Under the pieces are notes generated by a model. It did not search any database. It saw only the letters and a list, made by a program, of their open reading frames with translations, and was not told the DNA's origin. Below are positions 57,465 to 64,000 of a stretch of 64,000 nucleotides of DNA, piece by piece. Position 1 is the stretch's first letter. Each line of letters begins with the position of its first letter. A program made the translations under genes and the position numbers. The stretch spans positions 1,727-65,726 of the forward strand of contig CALSMN010000002.1 in assembly GCA_943787465.1 (NCBI GenBank), read 5' to 3'. The stretch comes from an uncultured Bacteroidia bacterium. Its GTDB lineage: Bacteria > Bacteroidota > Bacteroidia > NS11-12g > UBA9320.

Positions 57465-57977
57465 CTACTGAAGTTGTTTTAGGTGATCCTGGTTATTGGC
57501 AATGAACTTTTTAAGAGGGGTGTACATGGCTATTTTTTCTTCTTTAGTGGAAAGCGTTATAATGTCTGGAGATATTAAAAGATTAGGGTGATTTGTTTTA
57601 CGAATTTCATCTTCTAGTTCAGGCGATAACCCAATACACCATACGCAGGAATAAGTGGATACTTCTTTTATGATACTGGGGTCAGTTATCATAGAGTTGA
57701 TGATGTGGGGTACAGACAAAGCTTCTAAAATTTTGATAAAACTACTTTCTTTTTGGACATACAATGCTTTAAGTTCTGGAGATGTAATTAATACAAATGG
57801 TATTGAATGATTATAGGTAGATTTAGGTTCTTTAGGGTTTACAACGGAAGAAGAAATTTTTGGATATACATTCAACGATTCTTCTTTGAGCTCTTTCACT
57901 TTTTTTGGTGTTTCTTGAGGTAAAACTACTAAAGTTTTGAAAAGAAGTTCAATATCAATTGGGTCTAAGGAGTCCAT
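57465..57977 (-). CDS. Hypothetical protein
   Basis: This is a 170-aa ORF with no TM segments. It loosely resembles DNA polymerase III psi-like layouts, which is not enough for a call. Confidence 0.45.
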   Translation of the reverse strand: MDSLDPIDIELLFKTLVVLPQETPKKVKELKEESLNVYPKISSSVVNPKEPKSTYNHSIPFVLITSPELKALYVQKESSFIKILEALSVPHIINSMITDPSIIKEVSTYSCVWCIGLSPELEDEIRKTNHPNLLISPDIITLSTKEEKIAMYTPLKKFIANNQDHLKQLQ

Positions 57978-58108
57978 TTATGTGACAAAACAACATTTTT
58001 TTTTGGAGAGATTCTATTTTTTCGATTGAAACATTGAAATCAAAGCTTTTATAAAGTATTTTAACTCAAGTTTATGAAGATAGAAGATAACATCGTTAAT
58101 TTGCACCA

Positions 58109-59149
58109 ATGCAAATTGATCTTGTTTCCCAATCTAAAATCAATACGGTTGATTTTAATCAGCTTGATTTTGGAAAAACATTCACAGATTACATGATGGT
58201 TATGGACTTTGATGGTGAATCTTGGAGTGGTTTAACTATTGAGCCCATCAATACCCTTAATTTTCACCCAGCAATGTCTGTATTCCATTATGGACAGGCT
58301 ATTTTTGAGGGACTTAAGGCGTTTAAAGCTACAGATAATCGTGTAAATATATTTCGACTCAATGACAATCTATTGCGTTTTAATAAATCTGCCGAACGAT
58401 TAATGATGCCATTGATTGATATTCCAACTGTATCAGATGCAATTAAAAAATTCATAGATATGCAACGTGACTGGGTGCCTTCTAGGGATCAAGGGTCATT
58501 ATATTTAAGACCTTTTATGATATCTACAGATAATACTCTTCGAGCGGTATCTAGCAGTGGTTTTAAATTTGTGGTTATTGCTTGCCCAGTAGGTTTTTAC
58601 TATGCGGAGCCTATCAGTATAATTGTAGATAAAAATTATCGCCGTGCTGCTACTGGTGGAATTGGTTTTGCAAAAGCAGCAGGAAATTATGCAGCTTCTT
58701 TTTATCCATCCAAACTTGCCAAGGAAAAAGGATTTGATCAGGTTCTATGGACCGATATTACAAATAATTTTACACTGGAGGAGTTGGGTTCTGCTAATTT
58801 TTTCTTTGTGAAAAATGGGGAGTTATATACTCCTAAAATGCGTGATAGTATTCTCAATGGAATTACACGCAATACCGTTATTCATCTTGCTAAAGAAAGT
58901 GGAATGATGGTGCATGAAGCAGAAATAACTGCCGATGAATTTAAAAAAGATTTAAATTCAGGATCTGTAGATTGTGTATTTGCTACGGGTACAGCTGCAG
59001 CAATCACATACATTCATAAAATTATGATTGATGAAGAAACGTTTCATGTCAAATCCAATATGTATGCTCCAGTAAATCAACTGCACAAAGATTTAGAAGA
59101 TGCCAAATTTGGATTAAAAAATCACGAAGAATGGAATGTTTGGGTCTAG
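58109..59149 (+). CDS. ilvE: Branched-chain-amino-acid aminotransferase
   Basis: This is a 346-aa fold-type IV PLP enzyme. FEGLKAF carries the PLP lysine region. LYLRPF, GNYAAS and GITR are present. Confidence 0.9.
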   Translation: MQIDLVSQSKINTVDFNQLDFGKTFTDYMMVMDFDGESWSGLTIEPINTLNFHPAMSVFHYGQAIFEGLKAFKATDNRVNIFRLNDNLLRFNKSAERLMMPLIDIPTVSDAIKKFIDMQRDWVPSRDQGSLYLRPFMISTDNTLRAVSSSGFKFVVIACPVGFYYAEPISIIVDKNYRRAATGGIGFAKAAGNYAASFYPSKLAKEKGFDQVLWTDITNNFTLEELGSANFFFVKNGELYTPKMRDSILNGITRNTVIHLAKESGMMVHEAEITADEFKKDLNSGSVDCVFATGTAAAITYIHKIMIDEETFHVKSNMYAPVNQLHKDLEDAKFGLKNHEEWNVWV

Positions 59150-59237
59150 TCTCTAGCATTTAACTTTTTTATTTTCTTTTAATTCAATAACCTATCTTCG
59201 TTTGGTGGGGTCAATTTCGAATACATCGTGGTTCAGA

Positions 59238-60290
59238 ATGGGTTGGGTTTTGCTTGTCCTTCAATTCAACCTATCAGTATTTGCTCAATTGTACTCGCTT
59301 ACTTCATCAGAATATTATATTTATTTTGATTCGGATAGTTACGAAATATCCAAGAAGCAAAAGAAATCACTAACTGATTTAATATTAAAGATTGGGGGGA
59401 CCAATATCAAAGAAATTTATGTCGAAGGACATACCGATAGCTTTTCTACAGATAGTCATAATCAGGTTTTAGCTGCCAATCGGGCTAAAGCTACTTCTGA
59501 ATTATTGCAAGAAATTGGAGTTCCTCAACGCTTCATTAAAATGGAAAGTTTTGGCGAATCACGCTTAATTTCTGATGAATCTGCTAACAATAGACGTGCT
59601 AAAGTATTTTTTGTATATGAGAGTGATAAACGTTCAAGCTTAGACCCTCCCAAATGGATTATTGTTAAAACGATTAATAAAAAAACAAAAAAGCCCATAA
59701 ATGCTATCATTGGTTTTGATTACAAGGATGTCGAAATGAAATTTTCTTCGACAGGTTCGGATGGCGAAACAATTGCTTTCAGTATTTTAGATCAAAATTT
59801 AGAACTCATTGCCACGGCCAATTATTATTTGAGTGCTTATTATCAGATTCCAATATCAGATTTTGATAAACCTTCCGATACGCTGATTTATGTTCTTGAA
59901 CTAACCCCAGTTAAAATTACAGGTAAATTCACTTTCAATCATATCTATTTTTTTACAGATAGTGATGAAATAAGGCCAGAGAGTATGCCGGAATTACACA
60001 AATTATTGGCCGTATTGAACCGTAATACAAGTGCTTATATTGAAATACAAGGACACATGAATTGCCCAGTCGACCGACCTTTAAATCATGTTCAACGTCA
60101 GTTTAATATGGAGTTGAGTTATAAACGGTCCAAGGCTATAAACGATTATTTGGTTAGAAGCGGAATAGACCAAAAACGTTTATCTTATAAGGGAATGGGA
60201 AACACTCAAATGAAATTTAAACTTCCCAAAAATAAGGCAGAAGAAGACCAAAATAAACGCGTTGAAATATACACCCTAAAAGAAATTTAA
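59238..60290 (+). CDS. OmpA-family protein with two OmpA-like peptidoglycan-binding domains
   Basis: The ORF is trimmed to MGWVLLVLQFNLSVFAQ (signal peptide). Domain 1 is YFDSDSYEI...VEGHTDS...NQVLAANRA...NRRAKVF. Domain 2 is IYFFTDSDEI...IQGHMN...LSYKRSKAI...NKRVEI. Confidence 0.8.
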   Translation: MGWVLLVLQFNLSVFAQLYSLTSSEYYIYFDSDSYEISKKQKKSLTDLILKIGGTNIKEIYVEGHTDSFSTDSHNQVLAANRAKATSELLQEIGVPQRFIKMESFGESRLISDESANNRRAKVFFVYESDKRSSLDPPKWIIVKTINKKTKKPINAIIGFDYKDVEMKFSSTGSDGETIAFSILDQNLELIATANYYLSAYYQIPISDFDKPSDTLIYVLELTPVKITGKFTFNHIYFFTDSDEIRPESMPELHKLLAVLNRNTSAYIEIQGHMNCPVDRPLNHVQRQFNMELSYKRSKAINDYLVRSGIDQKRLSYKGMGNTQMKFKLPKNKAEEDQNKRVEIYTLKEI

Positions 60291-62167
60291 TTATTTAAAT
60301 CCCACCGGATGTTTAATCGAAGACTACGGGGCATCATGGGATAGGATGGGGAACTGTAATAGTCTTCTCCCATAAAACCCTGTTGTGCATGAAAAAATTC
60401 AATTCCCATACAAAAGCTCTTAACTTGTGCATTTGCATATATCTGAAGAGGAGGATTCATTTGAAATGAAGTATTTGTAATATGCCAAGATCGAGTATAT
60501 GGGTTATATCTTGGGCTATTGAATGTTGCAAACCAGTATGTTCGCATACCAAGTTGAACCCTTAATTTTTTTTGAAACAATCTAAATTCGCTAAAAAGAT
60601 TGCCCGATGCCGATGTTCTAGGACGGGGTAATACTTTTTCGTTGGAGGAGTATTGAAATAGAAAACCGATATCGGACCCCAAATGAGGATATCTCAATTG
60701 ATGCCGGATAGCCGTTTTGAAGTAATTTACTGTGGGTTCATGTTGGGAAATTTGATCGTTACTATGATAGTAAACAATTCCTTGTATCGCTTCACCTAGC
60801 ATTTCAAATTTAATATTTTGTCTATCGATAGAAGTGGATATACTTCCAGATATTCGCGTAATGCCGATTTTTGAAAATGCATTGTACCATTGCACAGCAT
60901 TGCTCAAAAAAGTTTGTTGAAATAAAGTGGGCTCTGTTTGTTGAGATAAAATGGTAAGTTGAATTTGCTTTTTTTTATTGGGCAATTGATACATTCCTTC
61001 TAACAAATAATCACCTTGATTAAAACCCATAAGCCCCATCTTATAACGATATGAAACGGCAGATTGATTCAAATCAATCTTACCTCGAATCTTAAAAAAT
61101 AGGTTTTGATAGGATTGAATGGAATCATTTTGGAAAATATTACTGTAGTCATGGATCACACTCGCAAAAAGTGTCCCTTTGCCTAGCTTTCGAGTATATC
61201 CCAATTCATTTTCAATAGAGCGATGATATGCAGAATCTTTAAATGCCAAGAGTACTGTGCCATAAATTAGGCTATCTGGGTCATTGTCTTCAAATTCTAT
61301 TCGTTCATTTTTTAGAGAGGTGGATAGGTAAAATTGATCGTCAAACTGACTCAAACGCGTATCTAATACAGTATCATTAGATGCTCCTCCAGGTCTAAAA
61401 TACTGGGTCACATTAAATTTATTTTGTGCTAGAGTGCCAGTAGCATTAGTATAATTTACCAAACTGTTGTTGAGCTTTTCTCTGCCGAACTGAGTGTTGA
61501 AAGTAGAATCGGATATGAGTCCCCCAGAAACCGTATTTTTTGATTTGTTCCAAATGTAGGAGGATACCATTTCGTATTTTCGATTTGGGGTATAATAACT
61601 GGTGTAGAATTTAGTGTTAAATAAATTTCCCATTCTCACCCGAGAAAAGTTTTGTAGGTTCGAAAAATAAAAATTTTGATTTTTAATTCTTCGGTAATCC
61701 ACTCCAAAAGACAATCGTTCAGAAATTTGTTGCGCATGCGTTACTTCAATGGAAAGCATTTCGTTGGCTCCTTGAGAGTAATTTAGCCGTGTAAACGGAT
61801 TTGTAGTTTGGTATATACGAATGCTGTCATCATATAAATAAGGAGTTAGTTGATCCGCTCCTAATCGAAGGGATAATGAAGGGGTGCTTTTTTCTGACAG
61901 GGTTAAAATCGGGGTAGCTTCTAAACCAAGATCTACAAATGGAAAAGCGTTTTGATAGGAAGGGTAATAATTGTAAAATAAATTTAAACTAGTATCAAAT
62001 GGGCTTACCTCGTTCGTGAAAAATAATAGTTGATCGGTATTGTAAACGGCAACATCTGCAGGTTTGTAATTATGAGCAGACGAGGTGTCTAAAATTTGAG
62101 AAAATAGGGAAGTGCTACATGACGTAAATAAAAAAGTAATGATTACATATTTTGGTAATGCAAACAT
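60287..62167 (-). CDS. Large outer-membrane beta-barrel protein (putative porin family)
   Basis: This is a 626-aa ORF with a signal peptide ending SLFSQ. It shows pervasive Y/F/N/S-rich beta-strand patterning and a C-terminal aromatic-type ending. It overlaps the OmpA gene convergently by 4 nt. Confidence 0.6.
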   Translation of the reverse strand: MFALPKYVIITFLFTSCSTSLFSQILDTSSAHNYKPADVAVYNTDQLLFFTNEVSPFDTSLNLFYNYYPSYQNAFPFVDLGLEATPILTLSEKSTPSLSLRLGADQLTPYLYDDSIRIYQTTNPFTRLNYSQGANEMLSIEVTHAQQISERLSFGVDYRRIKNQNFYFSNLQNFSRVRMGNLFNTKFYTSYYTPNRKYEMVSSYIWNKSKNTVSGGLISDSTFNTQFGREKLNNSLVNYTNATGTLAQNKFNVTQYFRPGGASNDTVLDTRLSQFDDQFYLSTSLKNERIEFEDNDPDSLIYGTVLLAFKDSAYHRSIENELGYTRKLGKGTLFASVIHDYSNIFQNDSIQSYQNLFFKIRGKIDLNQSAVSYRYKMGLMGFNQGDYLLEGMYQLPNKKKQIQLTILSQQTEPTLFQQTFLSNAVQWYNAFSKIGITRISGSISTSIDRQNIKFEMLGEAIQGIVYYHSNDQISQHEPTVNYFKTAIRHQLRYPHLGSDIGFLFQYSSNEKVLPRPRTSASGNLFSEFRLFQKKLRVQLGMRTYWFATFNSPRYNPYTRSWHITNTSFQMNPPLQIYANAQVKSFCMGIEFFHAQQGFMGEDYYSSPSYPMMPRSLRLNIRWDLNN

Positions 62168-62571
62168 TATTTAGTGGAAAAAAAATAGACTTTATTATTA
62201 GAGTTGCCAACGGCATCAATAGCACGAACATATACCTCATATCGAGTAGGTTCAGCTTTTGGTAATGCAATACGATTATTGAAGGTATAGACCGAATCAT
62301 TTACAGCTGTTTTATAACTAATTAAGTCTGCGGATAAGTCATCGGGTTGCATTTCAAAAAAGAAACTGTCTAAAGCATAATTGTCTCTGCATATAATGTT
62401 GAATGAGATGGAATCTTGATAATCAATCAAGGTGTCTATACTCGGGAAAAGAAGGTCGAAAGTGGGTGCATCACCATCGATATAGCTATCATATTCAGGA
62501 AGATTGAATTCATCTTTACAGGATGACAAAAAAACAGTAGCGATCATACCCGCAATTAATATTTTCTTCAT
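62167..62571 (-). CDS. Small lipoprotein, Ig-like beta-sandwich suspected
   Basis: The ORF is trimmed to MKKILIAGMIATVFLSSCKD (lipobox LSSC). Its stop overlaps the porin start by 1 nt. The longer track ORF overlaps the divergent oxidoreductase and its -7 box. Confidence 0.6.
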   Translation of the reverse strand: MKKILIAGMIATVFLSSCKDEFNLPEYDSYIDGDAPTFDLLFPSIDTLIDYQDSISFNIICRDNYALDSFFFEMQPDDLSADLISYKTAVNDSVYTFNNRIALPKAEPTRYEVYVRAIDAVGNSNNKVYFFSTK

Positions 62572-62600
62572 ACTGCAAATAACATAAATATTTAGCAGAC

Positions 62601-62608
62601 TATCTTTG
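62601..62608 (+). promoter_or_regulatory. -7 promoter box TATCTTTG
   Basis: It matches TAnnTTTG perfectly, 5 nt upstream of ATG 62614. Confidence 0.45.
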
Positions 62609-62613
62609 CTTCC

Positions 62614-63642
62614 ATGGCAAAGGAAGTAGATTATTTGATTGTAGGAGGGGGGGTGACTGGCAGACTGCTTCAAATAGAATTAATGCAACGTGGTTTAAAA
62701 GCTTTGGTTTTTGATAAACTCGACAAAAATCATTCGACTCAGGTGGCCGCTGGTTTAGTAAATCCTGTAGTTGGAAAGTTTTTTACTGTAGGTTGGCGTG
62801 CCGAAGAATTTTTTCCATCATTAGCTCAATATTACCGGGCGATAGAGCATAAGTTGAATGCTTCATTTTTTAAGGAAAAACCAATGAAACGTATCATTGC
62901 TAATGCAGGGGAACAAAACATATGGCTAAGTAAAGCACATCTTTCTAAATATGTTGATTTTTGCTCTTTCAAACAAGAAAAAATTAAAGGATTAAACACG
63001 GATTGGGGTGTGTTGCAAATTTTACAATCTGGAGAAATGAATACTCACTCTTTTTTGGAGGCATGTAATGCTAATTTGCCGAGTATTTTTGAATCCTTTG
63101 ATGCAAGTCAGTTGGACATTGAACAAAAAAAATATCATATGTTTTCGTATAGAAATATTATTTTTTGTGAGGGGTATGAATCCATAAACAACCCATTTTT
63201 TAAAGACTATCTTTCGGTTATCCCAACCAAAGGCGAGTTGCTAGAAATTTGTGCGGAAGGTATTCCAGATGATTGCATTTATTTAGGAGCTGTTTTTCTG
63301 CAGCCCAAAGGTAAAAATCGATGGACTGTTGGAGCTACTTATGAGAAGAATCAAACCTCATTGGAACCAACGGATATGATGAAGTCGGACTTGGAAACTA
63401 AACTGAACAAACTAATCCGTGTGCCGTATTCCATCACGAAGCATTATTGTGGTATTCGGCCAGCCTCTATAGACCGAAAACCATTGATGGGAAAACACCC
63501 AACCATTGATTCGATGTATACCATGAATGGAATGGGGAGTAAAGCCATCAGTATGGTTCCATTACTTGCTCAGGAAATGGTAAATTATATGGAGCATCAT
63601 ATACCTTTGTCAGAAGAAATTAATTTAAATCGATTTTTTTGA
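62614..63642 (+). CDS. FAD-dependent oxidoreductase (DAO/glycine oxidase-like family)
   Basis: This is a 342-aa ORF. The N-terminal dinucleotide motif is DYLIVGGGVTG, and GIRP...DRKP and NGMGSKA are DAO-family C-terminal features. Confidence 0.75.
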   Translation: MAKEVDYLIVGGGVTGRLLQIELMQRGLKALVFDKLDKNHSTQVAAGLVNPVVGKFFTVGWRAEEFFPSLAQYYRAIEHKLNASFFKEKPMKRIIANAGEQNIWLSKAHLSKYVDFCSFKQEKIKGLNTDWGVLQILQSGEMNTHSFLEACNANLPSIFESFDASQLDIEQKKYHMFSYRNIIFCEGYESINNPFFKDYLSVIPTKGELLEICAEGIPDDCIYLGAVFLQPKGKNRWTVGATYEKNQTSLEPTDMMKSDLETKLNKLIRVPYSITKHYCGIRPASIDRKPLMGKHPTIDSMYTMNGMGSKAISMVPLLAQEMVNYMEHHIPLSEEINLNRFF

Positions 63643-64000
63643 ATAGTGTTTTTTATTATATCCGATTAGCGCTTATTTGGTTAGCCTTTTTTGCTGTTGC
63701 TAAAATTTATTTTTTGGTGATTAATGGATGGAACGGGTGGGGCACTTTTGTAGATATGATGCAGGTCTGGTGGCACGGATTGCGATTGGATTTTTCCGTG
63801 GTTGGTTATTTTACGGCTATTCCGCTTTTAGGTCATGCTCTTCAGCAGTTTATACCTCGACGGTTGCCATTATTGGTCCAAGTATATCATGGATTTGTTT
63901 GGATATTTACTACACTCATAGTCGCTTCAGATCCGTTTTTTTATTACTACTGGGGTCAAAAAGCAAATTTAGATTTCACTCAGTTTTTAGGACAAGATAA
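63639..64000 (+). CDS. Polytopic membrane protein, N-terminal part only (possibly LTA synthase/sulfatase family); runs off the window
   Basis: The frame is open from 63624 to the window end. It reads LNSVFYYIRLALIWLAFFAVAKIYFLVINGWNGWGTFVDMMQVWWHGLRLDFSVVGYFTAIPLL..., which is hydrophobic helices plus a WHGLRLD-type motif. The candidate TTG at 63639 overlaps the upstream TGA. The track ORF 63728-64000 in another frame looks spurious. Confidence 0.45.
   Translation, partial: MNSVFYYIRLALIWLAFFAVAKIYFLVINGWNGWGTFVDMMQVWWHGLRLDFSVVGYFTAIPLLGHALQQFIPRRLPLLVQVYHGFVWIFTTLIVASDPFFYYYWGQKANLDFTQFLGQD

Noticed and set aside
63728-64000. Track ORF in frame 2 (MERVGHFCRYDAGLVARIAIG...).
   Set aside because: The overlapping frame that is open from 63624 gives a far more protein-like hydrophobic membrane sequence. 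The frame-2 product is Arg/Ser/Phe-rich shadow sequence.
1-64000. Search by eye for CRISPR arrays, rRNA, transposases, integrases, prophage genes and toxin-antitoxin pairs.
   Set aside because: None were seen. The only repeats found are the 22-bp pair, the 37-nt motif pair, the 13-bp inverted repeat and the 15-nt coding tandem repeat. No tRNA-derived direct repeat marking the far island boundary was found within the window.

Overview
This is a low-GC bacterial chromosome segment, roughly mid-30s % GC by eye. It carries Bacteroidota hallmarks: no Shine-Dalgarno sequences before start codons, recurrent TAnnTTTG -7 promoter boxes, many lipoproteins and outer-membrane beta-barrels, and a dcw cluster ordered mraZ-rsmH-ftsL-ftsI-murE-mraY-murD-ftsW-murG-murC-ftsQ-ftsA-ftsZ without murF or ddl. 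Positions 838-8551 hold a type I restriction-modification locus: hsdR, an embedded DUF262/DUF1524/AlbA_2-type gene, hsdM and hsdS. Every gene in it is broken by several frameshifts or stops. The locus abuts the 3' end of tRNA-Asn(GTT) at 8790-8863, so it looks like a decayed defence island at a tRNA hotspot. From 8.9 kb to 64 kb the window is ordinary, intact housekeeping DNA, including recJ, lptB, rlmD, aroQ, purF-like, hutI, rny, zapA, pheT, rpsO, pnp, the dcw cluster, two MscS paralogs, ilvE and envelope proteins. I found no CRISPR array, rRNA, transposase or integrase. I did not find an intact multi-gene system that I can call novel. The features most worth a second look are the dead R-M island with its fused GmrSD-like/AlbA_2 gene, a 37-nt three-armed AT-rich motif present twice just 3' of minus-strand stop codons, a textbook MraZ operator right after a -7 box, a set of promoters placed so close to start codons that the mRNAs should be leaderless, and an unrecognised 797-aa Rossmann-motif protein. 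All calls come from reading the sequence and ORF track by eye, and no searches were run.
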